This document shows, piece after piece, positions 36,353 to 47,078 of a stretch of 64,000 nucleotides of DNA. Source of the stretch: Candidatus Sericytochromatia bacterium (GTDB lineage: Bacteria; Cyanobacteriota; Sericytochromatia; S15B-MN24; UBA4093); the NCBI GenBank assembly GCA_036676985.1, contig JAKFBU010000038.1, positions 32,001-96,000 of the forward strand, in the 5' to 3' direction. The first letter of the stretch is position 1. Each line of letters starts with the position of its first letter. Below the pieces are notes generated by a model that saw only the letters and a program-made list of their open reading frames with translations, did not search any database and had not been told where the DNA came from. Both the position numbers and the translations under genes were made by a program.

Positions 36353-36811
36353 ATGCGGTTTGAGGCCTATTGTGACGGTGCCTGCTCGGGCAACCCCGGC
36401 CCCGGAGCGGCCGGAGCGGTGTTGCTCGCCTACGAGGGCAACGTCCTCATCAAGGAGAAGGAGCTCGTCTCGGCGGTCGAGCCCACCACCACCAACCAGC
36501 GCCAGGAGCTGGTCGGGGCCATCATGATCCTCGAGGCCCTCACGCGGTCCGGCGTGGAGATCACGATCCACACGGATTCGCGCTACGTCATCGACGGGAT
36601 CACCAGTTGGATCCACGGCTGGAAGCGCAACGGCTGGGTCAATTCCCAGAAGCAGCCCGTCGTGAACAAGGAGCTGTGGGTGCGCCTCGACGAGCTCGCA
36701 TCCAAGCACAAGATCAGCTGGAAGTGGGTCAAGGGCCACGCGGGCAACGCCTACAACGAGCGTTGCGATCAGCTCGCCGTGAAGGCCGTCAAGGAGTACA
36801 TGGGCGCCTAG
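36353..36811 (+). CDS. rnhA: Ribonuclease HI
   Basis: [37 protein letters not shown]. Confidence 0.95.
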   Translation: MRFEAYCDGACSGNPGPGAAGAVLLAYEGNVLIKEKELVSAVEPTTTNQRQELVGAIMILEALTRSGVEITIHTDSRYVIDGITSWIHGWKRNGWVNSQKQPVVNKELWVRLDELASKHKISWKWVKGHAGNAYNERCDQLAVKAVKEYMGA

Positions 36812-36815
36812 CCCT

Positions 36816-37301
36816 TTACTGCTGGATCCCCACCACCAGCATGAGCGTCCCGTGCGACATGACGAGCGGGATGGACATGGCCCGGATCCGGTGCCAGTTG
36901 GCGCTGATGTCGTGGCCGATGACGGTCTTGGGCGGGGTGATGTCCGAGGTCACGTTGAGCTGCGCGAGGTAGGTCCGGGCGTTGCCCGAGATCATGTTGC
37001 CGAGCTCCTGCAGGGCCGAGATGGACATCTCGTCGTGGGCCGCGCACGTCTCCATGAGCATGGCCGAGGCGATGTTGAGGCTCGTCTGCATGTCCATGCC
37101 GTAGTTGACCTGGCCGGGGATGTCGCCCGAGATGCCGAGGCTCACGTTGACGTCGCCCAGGTGGACCATCGGGCCGATCTGGAACTGCGGGGAGCCGACC
37201 GTCGGCTCCTCGCCGACCACCTGCGCGATGACGCTGGTGGCGGCCTGGATGAACCCGCGGACGTAATCCAGGCGGGCGACGTTGGAAGTCTGGTTGGCCA
37301 T
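36816..37301 (-). CDS. cheX: Chemotaxis phosphatase CheX-like
   Basis: ISALQELGNMISGNA (ExxN), DITPP. Confidence 0.85.
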   Translation of the reverse strand: MANQTSNVARLDYVRGFIQAATSVIAQVVGEEPTVGSPQFQIGPMVHLGDVNVSLGISGDIPGQVNYGMDMQTSLNIASAMLMETCAAHDEMSISALQELGNMISGNARTYLAQLNVTSDITPPKTVIGHDISANWHRIRAMSIPLVMSHGTLMLVVGIQQ

Positions 37302-37403
37302 CGGTTCCCCCCCTGACGCCCGGATCCCCTGGGCTGCCATGGCTATGATACCCGTCTCACTAAGTAAATTACCGTGTCAACGGGCGGGGAGCCGTGATGG
37401 AGG

Positions 37404-39794
37404 TTACGCCTTGGGGATCGCCTCGGCCGGCAGCGGCTCGACGACTTCCTCGATGGCCTTGGGGACGCGAGCTTCGAGGGCCGGCAACAGGAGGATGGCC
37501 ATGGCCTCCTCCAGCCGCTCGATGAGCTTGAACTCCACGGCGGCCTTGACCTCGTCCGGGATGTCCTCGAGGTCGGCCTCGTTGCCGATGGGCAGGAGCA
37601 CTGTCGAGAGCTCCGCGTGGTAGGCGGCTAGCACCTTCTCCTTGATGCCGCCCACCGTGAGCACGCGCCCGCGCAGCGTGACCTCGCCGGTCATGGCGAC
37701 GTCCGAGCGCACGGGGCGGCCCGAGAGGGCCGAGGCGATGGCGACGGCGATGGCCACGCCGGCGCTGGGGCCGTCCTTGGGGATGGCGCCCTGGGGCACG
37801 TGCAGGTGCAAGTCCACCTGCTTCCAGTGGCCGTCCTCGATGCCGAGCTCTTCCGCGTGCGCCTTGACGAAGGTGTAGGCGGCCTGGGCCGATTCCTTCA
37901 TGACGTCGCCCAGCTGGCCCGTGAGCGTCAGGTGGCCCTTGCCCTTGAGACAGGCGATCTCGATGCCCATGAGCTTGCCGCCGGCCTCGGTCCAGGCGAG
38001 GCCATGCACGGTCCCGACCTCCGGCGAGCGGTGATGGGGCGGTAGCCGGTGCGGCTTGGGGCCGAGCAGCGCGTCCAGGTTGTCCGCCTGGGGCCGGGGC
38101 AGGTCCTTGCCGCTCACGATGGACCGGGCGACCTTGCGCGACAGGGCGGCGAGCTGGCGTTCGAGCTGGCGGACGCCGGCCTCGCGGGTCCAGCCGCGGA
38201 TCAGCGCCCGCAGCGTCTCGTCCGAGAGGTCCAGCTGGCCCTCCTTGAGGCCATGCTTCTCGAGGGTCTTCGGCAACAGGTGCTCGTGGGCGATGGCGAC
38301 CTTCTCCGACTCGGTGTAGCCCGACAGCCGGATGACCTCGAGCCGGTCCAGCAGGGCATGGGGGATGCCCGCGGTGGAGTTGGCCGTCGCGATGAAGAGC
38401 ACCTCCGACAGGTCGAACGGCGTCTCCACGTAGTGGTCCGAGAAGGTGGCGTTCTGCTCGGGGTCGAGCACCTCGAGCATGGCGGCCGACGGGTTGCTGC
38501 GCTGATCGCGGCCGAGCTTGTCCAGCTCGTCCAGGAGGAAGACCGGGTTCTTGGTGCCCGCCTGCTTGAGGGCCGAGAGGATGCGGCCCGGCATGGCGCC
38601 CACGTAGGTGCGGCGGTGCCCGCGGATCTCGGCCTCGTCGTGGACGCCGCCCAGGCTCGCGCGGACAAACTTGCGGCCGAGGGCGGTGGCGATCGAGCGC
38701 GCGAGGGACGTCTTGCCGACGCCGGGCGGGCCGACCAGGCAGAGGATGGTGGCGGGCTGGCCCTTGCGCAGGGCGCGCACGGCCAAGAACTCGAGCAGGC
38801 GGTCCTTGACCTTCTGGAGCCCGCAGTGGTCGGCGTCGAGCACGGCCTCGGCGTGGGCCAGGTCCAGCCGGTCGCGGGTGCGCTTGGACCAGGGCAGGGC
38901 GATGAGCGTGTCCAGGTAGGCCCGGATGACGCCCGCCTCGGCGGAGTGGTTGCTCATGCGCAGGAGGCGCGCGAGCTCCTTTTCGGCCCGCTCGGCGGCC
39001 TCCTTGGGCAGCTTGGCCTTGGCGATCGCCGCGCGGTAGTCGGCGGCCTCCTGGGCCTTCTCGTCGCCCTCTCCGAGCTCGGTCTGCAGGGCGCGCAGCT
39101 TCTCCTTGAGGTAGTAGTCGCGCTGCACCCGGTCCATCTTGGCGCGGACCTTCTGGTGGATCTCGTGGTCGAGGCGGTGCTCCTCGACCAGCCGCGCGAT
39201 CTTGATGGACAGGGACTCCATGCGCTCGGGCAGGGCGAGGGTCTCGAGGATCGCCTGGCGATCGGTGGCCTTGGGCAGCATGTAGGCCGCGGCCAGGTCC
39301 GTGAGGTGGTCCGGCGTCGTGACGGTCTCGAGCGCGAGGGCGGCCTCGGAGGGCAGCTTCTTGTCGAACGAGAGGAGCTCGGTGATCTGCTCGCGCAGGA
39401 GACGCTCCAGGGACACGATCTCGGGCGTCGACTCGGGCGCGGCGGACTCGACCGGGGACGCCTCGGCGCGCAGCGCGCCGCCCTCCTCCGCCAGCCCGCG
39501 CATGAACACGCGGGTGCGGCCTTCGAGCAGCACGCGGGTGGAGCCGTCCTGCTGCTTGAAGGTCTGCAGGATCTCGGCGATGACGCCCACCGGCTGGAGG
39601 TCCTCGAGGCCCGGCAGGTCCACGTCGGCCGCGCGCTGCATGGCGAGGATCAGGCGGCGATCGCCCGCCAAAGCCGCCTCGACGGCCGCCAGGGAGCGGG
39701 CGCGCCCGACGGAGAGGGACGCCACCATGTGCGGCAACACGACCAGATCGCGCAGCGGCACGAGGGGGAGGGTCACGCGGGTCTCCGGGGCCAT
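37404..39794 (-). CDS. lon: Lon protease (endopeptidase La)
   Basis: [35 protein letters not shown]. Confidence 0.95.
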   Translation of the reverse strand: MAPETRVTLPLVPLRDLVVLPHMVASLSVGRARSLAAVEAALAGDRRLILAMQRAADVDLPGLEDLQPVGVIAEILQTFKQQDGSTRVLLEGRTRVFMRGLAEEGGALRAEASPVESAAPESTPEIVSLERLLREQITELLSFDKKLPSEAALALETVTTPDHLTDLAAAYMLPKATDRQAILETLALPERMESLSIKIARLVEEHRLDHEIHQKVRAKMDRVQRDYYLKEKLRALQTELGEGDEKAQEAADYRAAIAKAKLPKEAAERAEKELARLLRMSNHSAEAGVIRAYLDTLIALPWSKRTRDRLDLAHAEAVLDADHCGLQKVKDRLLEFLAVRALRKGQPATILCLVGPPGVGKTSLARSIATALGRKFVRASLGGVHDEAEIRGHRRTYVGAMPGRILSALKQAGTKNPVFLLDELDKLGRDQRSNPSAAMLEVLDPEQNATFSDHYVETPFDLSEVLFIATANSTAGIPHALLDRLEVIRLSGYTESEKVAIAHEHLLPKTLEKHGLKEGQLDLSDETLRALIRGWTREAGVRQLERQLAALSRKVARSIVSGKDLPRPQADNLDALLGPKPHRLPPHHRSPEVGTVHGLAWTEAGGKLMGIEIACLKGKGHLTLTGQLGDVMKESAQAAYTFVKAHAEELGIEDGHWKQVDLHLHVPQGAIPKDGPSAGVAIAVAIASALSGRPVRSDVAMTGEVTLRGRVLTVGGIKEKVLAAYHAELSTVLLPIGNEADLEDIPDEVKAAVEFKLIERLEEAMAILLLPALEARVPKAIEEVVEPLPAEAIPKA

Positions 39795-40021
39795 GGGGAT
39801 CCTTTCCGGGGTGGTTCGAAATGCCGTCAGGGCGCCTGTTTGGCTGGTAAAGTCGCCCGTGGGCGCGCCTTCACAATGATATCACCGATTCGCCCATTCG
39901 TTCAGCGCCCGCTGGGGCCGGTGACCTGGCCGGGCGAGGCCTCGATGCGGGGCGCCGGAAGCCTCGCTCCCTTCGATGGGTATAGACTCCTCGGTTCTTC
40001 CCCGCTCGAGGACGTGACGCC

Positions 40022-40411
40022 ATGACCACCGACCCGCTGGCCGCCCTGAACGACGGCTTCATCAACCCGCTCGCCCCCGACGAGATCGCCCCGCGCCTGC
40101 GCGGGCCGGAGGGGCGGCAGCTCATGGACTGGCTGCGCGAGGGCGGCGTGAACGCGGGGCTCCTGCGCGACGTCCACGTCTCCTTTCGCCTCGCGGGCGA
40201 GGGGTATCAGGCAAGCGGCAACCTCGCGGGCCTCCAGGTCGCCCTGCGCGGCGTCATCTACGCCCGCGGCTTCGACGCGTACCCGCGGCTCGCCACCATG
40301 CTCCATGCCGCCATCCCGGGCGTGTCGGACGGGGCGCAGTGGGAGGGCCTCCTGCGCTACCTGCAGGGGCTCGCGCAGGCCATGCTCGTCTTGGGGCCGC
40401 GCGAGGCCTGA
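40022..40411 (+). CDS. Hypothetical protein
   Basis: 129-aa ORF with GAGG RBS and host codon usage, ends at a bidirectional terminator. Confidence 0.6.
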   Translation: MTTDPLAALNDGFINPLAPDEIAPRLRGPEGRQLMDWLREGGVNAGLLRDVHVSFRLAGEGYQASGNLAGLQVALRGVIYARGFDAYPRLATMLHAAIPGVSDGAQWEGLLRYLQGLAQAMLVLGPREA

Positions 40412-40414
40412 TCG

Positions 40415-40462
40415 CCAACAAAAAGAGCGGCCCGGACGCGTCCGGGCCGCTCTTTTTGTTGG
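40415..40462. terminator. Bidirectional terminator (perfect 48-bp palindrome)
   Basis: CCAACAAAAAGAGCGGCCCGGACG|CGTCCGGGCCGCTCTTTTTGTTGG between convergent genes. Confidence 0.85.
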
Positions 40463-40466
40463 GGGG

Positions 40467-41745
<1,279 letters not shown>

Positions 41746-41753
<8 letters not shown>

Positions 41754-42411
41754 TTTCCGAACGTACTCCCTGGCCACCGGTCGCCGGAGGCATCGGCACC
41801 TTGTCCTTGCCGATCTTCGGAACCAGGACCTCATCGATCAGACCGTACTCCTTCGCCTCGTCCGGGCTCATGAAGAAGTCGCGGTCGGTGTCCTTCTCGA
41901 TTTTCTTGAGCGGCTGGCCGCTGTGCAGGGCCATCAGCTCGTTGAGACGCCGCTTGAGGCGCAGGATCTCGGCGGCCTGGATTTCGATGTCGGTCGCCTG
42001 ACCCTGGGCACCGCCCAAGGGCTGGTGGATCATGATGCGGGCGTTGGGCAGCGCGATACGCTTGCCCGGCGCCCCGGCGTTCAGGAGGAAGGCGCCCATC
42101 GAAGCGGCCTGCCCCATGACGATGGTGGAAACGTCCGGCTTGATGTACTGCATCGTGTCGTAGATCGCCAGACCCGCCGTCACCACCCCGCCCGGCGAGT
42201 TGATGTACATGTAGATGTCCTTGGTCGGGTCTTCGGCCTCGAGGAACAGCAGCTGAGCCATGGTGAGGCTCGCCACGCCATCATCGATCGGGGTGTTGAG
42301 GAAGATGATGCGCTCCTTGAGCAGGCGCGAGAAGATGTCGTAGGCACGCTCGCCACGGCTCGTCTGCTCGACGACCATTGGAACCAATCCGGCATGTGCT
42401 GGCATATACAT
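41746..42411 (-). CDS. clpP: Clp protease proteolytic subunit
   Basis: [33 protein letters not shown]. Confidence 0.97.
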
Positions 42412-42444
42412 CGGAGTTTCCTCTCTAGGCTGCGACGACTGGGA

Positions 42445-43752
42445 CTACGCGTTGGCGGCGGCAGGGGCGGCGTCGGTGACCTTGGCGCGCTCGACCAGCC
42501 ACTCGATGATCTTGTTGCTCAAGACCTCGTCGGCGATCTGCGGCCAGGCGCCATTGCGGATGACCTGGCTGCGGAACTGCTGGGGATCCACGCCGTAGCT
42601 CTGGGCGTAATCGGCGATCGTCTCCTCGATCTCCTCCTCGGAGGGCTGGATGCCTTCCTTGCGGGCGATCTCGCCCAGGGTCAGCGAGGTGCGGATGCGC
42701 TTCTCGGCCTCGGGACGGGTGTTCTCACGCCAGGTGTCGATGTTGTCCTTGGTGAAGACGCGGTTGGGGTCGATGCCCTGCTGCGCCAGCATGTTGGCCT
42801 GCTGCTGAAGGAGGAAGTTGGACTCGCGGGCGATCATCGACTCGGGGATCTCCATCTGGGCCCCCTCGACGACCTTCTCGATCAGCTGCTTGCGCAGCTC
42901 GATGTCGCGGTTCTCCTCGCGCTCCTTGGCGAGCTGCTCGCGGAGCTTGCCCTTGAGGGCGTCCACCGACTCGTCACCGAGGGTCTTGGCGAACTCGTCG
43001 TTCAGCTCGGGGAGCTGGCGCTCCTTGACTTCCTTGACGGCCAGCGAGAAGACGACGGGCTTGCCGGCGAGCTCCTGGTTGGGGTAGTCCTCGGGGAACT
43101 TCAGGTCGGCGTCCTTGGACTCGCCGGCCTTCAGGCCGACCATGGCCTCGACGAAGCCCTCGATGAAGCGGCCCGGCTCCACCTCGAGCGTGTAGTCCGT
43201 GGCCTTGCCGCCCTCGAACTCCTCGCCGTCGATCTTGCCCGTGAAGTCCGCCACGACGGTGTCGCCCATCTGGACGGCGCGATCGACGGTCTGGAGCGTG
43301 CCGCGCGACTCGCGCAGCTTGGTGAGGCGCTCCTCCACGTCGGCGTCCGAGACGTCGACCTTGGGGGCCGCGACCTCGAGGCCGGTGTAGTTGCCGAGGG
43401 TCACCTCGGGGCGGACCTCGATGGTCGCCTTGAAGACCAGGGGCTGGTCCTTCTCGAAGGAGACGAGCTCGACTTCGGGCTCGGCGATGGGCTCGACCTT
43501 GCCCTCCTCGATGGCCTGGGGATAGACCTCGGGCAGCAGGAACTTCTCGAAGGCGGTGTGCTTGAGGTAGTCCACCCCGACGGTCCGCTCGACGATCGGG
43601 CGGGGCGCCTTGCCAGGACGGAAGCCCGGGATGCGGACCTCGCGCGCGACCTGACGATACGCCCGGTCATAGGCCTTCTCGACGCGATCCGGTTCGACCT
43701 GAACCTCGAGCAGGACTTGGTTCTTTTCCTTTTTCTCCAGGGTGACTTTCAC
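42445..43752 (-). CDS. tig: Trigger factor
   Basis: GGAGG RBS/GTG 43752; IPGFRPGKAP ribosome-binding motif, FKBP domain. Confidence 0.95.
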   Translation of the reverse strand: MKVTLEKKEKNQVLLEVQVEPDRVEKAYDRAYRQVAREVRIPGFRPGKAPRPIVERTVGVDYLKHTAFEKFLLPEVYPQAIEEGKVEPIAEPEVELVSFEKDQPLVFKATIEVRPEVTLGNYTGLEVAAPKVDVSDADVEERLTKLRESRGTLQTVDRAVQMGDTVVADFTGKIDGEEFEGGKATDYTLEVEPGRFIEGFVEAMVGLKAGESKDADLKFPEDYPNQELAGKPVVFSLAVKEVKERQLPELNDEFAKTLGDESVDALKGKLREQLAKEREENRDIELRKQLIEKVVEGAQMEIPESMIARESNFLLQQQANMLAQQGIDPNRVFTKDNIDTWRENTRPEAEKRIRTSLTLGEIARKEGIQPSEEEIEETIADYAQSYGVDPQQFRSQVIRNGAWPQIADEVLSNKIIEWLVERAKVTDAAPAAANA

Positions 43753-43915
43753 TGTTGCCTCCTGATGTTCCCGTCGAATACGGGATTTCAACGATGTTAG
43801 TCCTCAAGTATAGCACACATTGTTGCGCTCTATTGAGCTGCTGGCGAGCGCTTTGCTTGCTTTGGGAGCGAGCGATCGTCGACGTGGGGATGATGGGGGG
43901 AAGGGGTGGAGCCGC

Positions 43916-44659
43916 CTACCTCGAGACGGATCGGGCGGGATCCGCGGCGAACCGGACCCCGGCCTGCACGAAGGCCGCGAAGAGGGCCGCGGTGAAGGGG
44001 CCGGGCTGGAGCTCCGGGTGCCACTGGACGCCGACCATCCAGCCCTGAGAGCCCTCGAGAGCCTCGATGACCCCGTCGTCCGCCCAGGCCGTCGCCTTCA
44101 GGCCGGGGGCCAGGTCCTTGACCGCCTGGTGGTGGAAGGTGTTCACCCGCAGGTCCGTCGCGCCGGCAAGCTTGGCGATCAGGCTGTCCGGGGCCATCTT
44201 GACGTCATGGATCGACACGTGGACCGGCTCGTCCTGGACATGGCCCAGGGCCCCCTCGTGCTGGGCCGGGAGATCCTGGTAGAGCGTGCCGCCGAGGGAG
44301 ACGTTGAGCAGCTGGATCCCGCGGCAGATGGCGAGGATCGGCATGCGACGCTCGACCGCGGCCTTGGCGAGCGGGAGCTCCTGGGTGTCGCGACCGGCAT
44401 CGACCGTCCCGAGCTCCGGGATCGCCGCTTCCCCGTAGTAGCGGGGATCCACGTCCTCGCCTCCGCTCAAGAGCAGGCCGTCGAGCCCGTCCAGGACCTC
44501 CGGCTCCACGGCGCCGGGCGGCAGGAGCAGCGGAACGCCGCCCGCCTCGCGGACGCGATCGGCGTACTCGGCGGAGAGGAAGTAGATGGGGCGGCCCCGC
44601 TTGATCTCGGGCGTGCCCGCGTGGCGCTGGGTGGTGATGCCGATCCGGGGTCGCTTCAC
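43916..44659 (-). CDS. Peptidase C26 / PuuD-like gamma-glutamyl hydrolase
   Basis: GTG overlapping the surE stop; LSGGEDV, AICRGIQ, NTFHHQ, VQWHPE. Confidence 0.9.
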   Translation of the reverse strand: MKRPRIGITTQRHAGTPEIKRGRPIYFLSAEYADRVREAGGVPLLLPPGAVEPEVLDGLDGLLLSGGEDVDPRYYGEAAIPELGTVDAGRDTQELPLAKAAVERRMPILAICRGIQLLNVSLGGTLYQDLPAQHEGALGHVQDEPVHVSIHDVKMAPDSLIAKLAGATDLRVNTFHHQAVKDLAPGLKATAWADDGVIEALEGSQGWMVGVQWHPELQPGPFTAALFAAFVQAGVRFAADPARSVSR

Positions 44660-45453
44660 TTCGATTCCTGACTGACCGAGAGCCCCGACAGGGTGGTGGG
44701 GATGTGCCAGCCCTTGAGATCGTCGACCATGGGGCGGTAGGTCATGTCGTAGTGGATGGGCGTCACCGAGATGCAGTTCTCCCGGATGGCCGTGACGTCC
44801 GTGTCGTGGGCCTCCTCGACCTCGACCACCTCGCCCGCGAGCCAGTAGTAGGTGCGCCCGCGCGGATCGGTGCGGGCCTCGAAGATGTCCGTGTACTTGC
44901 GCTCGCCGAGGCGCGTGACGCGGACCTCCTGGGGCGCCTGCTCGGCGATGGCCGGGAAGTTGACGTTGAGGAGCACCTTGGGCGGCAAGCTGCGGTTCTC
45001 GAGCATGCGGGCCATCACCAGGGCGAACTGGGCGGCCTGCTCGTAGCCCACGTCCGAGAAGGTCGCGAGGCTGAAGGCCACCGACTTGATGCCGAGGATG
45101 GTCCCCTCGAGCGCGGCCGAGACGGTGCCCGAGTAGATGACGTCGGTGCCGAGGTTGGGACCGCGGTTGATGCCGGAGAACACCAGGTCGGGGGGGGCCT
45201 CCAGCAGCGTGCCGACGGAGAGCTTGACGCAGTCGGAGGGCGTGCCGTTGAGGGCATAGGCGGCCTTGACGTTGCCGCCGAGGGCCACCTTCTCGACGCG
45301 GAGGGGCTTGTGCAGGGTCAGGGCGTGACCGGTGGCCGAGCGCTCCCTGTCGGGGGCGACCACCGTCACCTCGTGCTCGGTGGCTAGGGCAAGGGCCAGG
45401 GCCTGGATTCCGGGCGCGAGGATCCCGTCGTCGTTGGAGACTAGAATGCGCAT
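44656..45453 (-). CDS. surE: 5'/3'-nucleotidase SurE
   Basis: MRILVSNDDG, GTPSDC, SGINRGPNLG..YSGTV. Confidence 0.95.
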   Translation of the reverse strand: MRILVSNDDGILAPGIQALALALATEHEVTVVAPDRERSATGHALTLHKPLRVEKVALGGNVKAAYALNGTPSDCVKLSVGTLLEAPPDLVFSGINRGPNLGTDVIYSGTVSAALEGTILGIKSVAFSLATFSDVGYEQAAQFALVMARMLENRSLPPKVLLNVNFPAIAEQAPQEVRVTRLGERKYTDIFEARTDPRGRTYYWLAGEVVEVEEAHDTDVTAIRENCISVTPIHYDMTYRPMVDDLKGWHIPTTLSGLSVSQESK

Positions 45454-45704
45454 GAGTGGTGGGACCGTCCTTCGAGTGGCAGGGCGACGGGCGCGACGTG
45501 GCGCTCATTACCAAGATAACGGCCCGCCCCGATGATTGCAAGCCACCCGGTCCCGGCAGGGCATGGGGTCGTCGGGGCCCGCGCAGAGCGGAACAAACGA
45601 ACTCTTAACGAACATTTGATGCCCCGCCAATGCGGCTTAAGAAACTTGGCGGGACGTTTTGCACATAGTTAACATACGACCCTTACCCACTGGAGGAGGA
45701 CCTC

Positions 45705-46976
45705 ATGAGCGGACCCGTCGACACTCGGAACGTTGGGGCTACCCAGCAAGCCCAGCAGGCCGAAGCGGCCCGGCGTCGCCAGCAAGCCGAGGAGGCTCGC
45801 CGGCGCCAGGAGCAGCAGGCGAAGGCGAGCCAGACCAAACAGGCGGGTGATGCCAGCAACGTCACCAAGCCCGGCCGCACGTCCTCCTTGAGCCTCGACA
45901 GCAAGCCCGACAGCAGCGCCCAGAAGTTCATCGACGAGGCCCTCAAGTTCCGCGGCCAGCCCTACCTGTGGGGTGGCGGCCACTCCGGGAAGATGGCCAA
46001 CATCGGTCCGGTCGACTGCTCGGGCCTGGTCAGCCAGGCGGCCATGCGGGCGGGCATCAAGGGCGTCAACGGGACGACCGACACCTTCTACGCCATGAGC
46101 CCCAAGGTCGACAAGAACAACCTCAAGCCGGGCGATCTCATCCTGTTCGACACGGCGGGTCCCGGGTCCCACAGCCACGTGGGTATCTACCTCGGCGACA
46201 ACAAGTTCCTGCATGCTCCCCGGACCGGAGACGTGGTCAAGGTCTCGGAGTTCGACAGCTACTGGCAGGGCAAGTTCGCCGGCGGCCGCCGCATCGCCGA
46301 GGGCGACGTCTCCCTCGACTTCTCGAGCTTGCCGCCCGCCTCCAAGGGTGGCCCCGGCATGCCGGCCGTCGGCTCGTCTGGCCGCCTGCCGACCACCGGT
46401 CAGACGGATCCGTCCTTCGCGGCCAATCCCCCCATGGGCGGCAAAGGCAACATCGACACGGACGGCATCTCCAACAAGACCTACCAGGCCGGCCCCATCT
46501 CGGGCGCGGATCCGAGCTTCAACCGCGACTACCTGTACCAGGTGCTCTCGGCACTGGGCATCGACCAGAGCTGGATGAAGGAGATGGCCGAAAAGTACGG
46601 CGTGCCCCTCGAGGTCATCGAGCGGATGATCTGGCAGGAGTCCATGAAGGCCGCCAAGGCCAAGGCGGGCCCCAACGCGAGCCCCGAGGAGGTCGCCAAG
46701 ATCGCCAAGGAGATCGGCTCGCCTGCCGGCGCCCGCGGTCTCTTGCAGCTGATGCCCGACACGGCGCGCGGCCTCGGCGTGGGCGACGTGACGGATCCCA
46801 AGCAGAACCTCGAGGCGGGCTTCAAGTACCTGAAGCAGAACCTCGACACGTTCGACGGCGACGTCACCAAGGCGGTGGCTGCCTACAACGCGGGCCCCGG
46901 CAACGTCCAGAAGTACGGCGGCGTGCCCCCCTTCGCCGAGACCCAGGGCTACATCAAGAACATCCTCGGTCAGTAA
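45705..46976 (+). CDS. NlpC/P60 endopeptidase + lytic transglycosylase (SLT) fusion
   Basis: PYLWGG..DCSGL..PGDLILF..HVGIY..LHA; IWQES..GARGLLQLMP..AAYNAGPGNV..ETQGY. Confidence 0.9.
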   Translation: MSGPVDTRNVGATQQAQQAEAARRRQQAEEARRRQEQQAKASQTKQAGDASNVTKPGRTSSLSLDSKPDSSAQKFIDEALKFRGQPYLWGGGHSGKMANIGPVDCSGLVSQAAMRAGIKGVNGTTDTFYAMSPKVDKNNLKPGDLILFDTAGPGSHSHVGIYLGDNKFLHAPRTGDVVKVSEFDSYWQGKFAGGRRIAEGDVSLDFSSLPPASKGGPGMPAVGSSGRLPTTGQTDPSFAANPPMGGKGNIDTDGISNKTYQAGPISGADPSFNRDYLYQVLSALGIDQSWMKEMAEKYGVPLEVIERMIWQESMKAAKAKAGPNASPEEVAKIAKEIGSPAGARGLLQLMPDTARGLGVGDVTDPKQNLEAGFKYLKQNLDTFDGDVTKAVAAYNAGPGNVQKYGGVPPFAETQGYIKNILGQ

Positions 46977-46982
46977 GACCTG

Positions 46983-47014
46983 CGGCCCCCGCCCCGGCGG
47001 GGGTCGTTCCTTTT
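46983..47014 (+). terminator. Probable intrinsic terminator
   Basis: CGGCCCCCGC-CCCG-GCGGGGGTCG stem followed by TTCCTTTT. Confidence 0.55.
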
Positions 47015-47078
47015 CGGGGGGCCGCGGGCATAATGCCCCTGGACCCTCGTTTGCCCACGGGCCAGATCGGAGACCGTC

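Noticed and set aside
43753-43915. tRNA often found upstream of tig
   Set aside because: No cloverleaf or T-loop motif; only a TGn-TATACT promoter-like box
45645-45664. Possible sigma54 promoter TTGGCGGGACGTTTTGCA
   Set aside because: GG-to-GC spacing is 11 nt rather than the required 10
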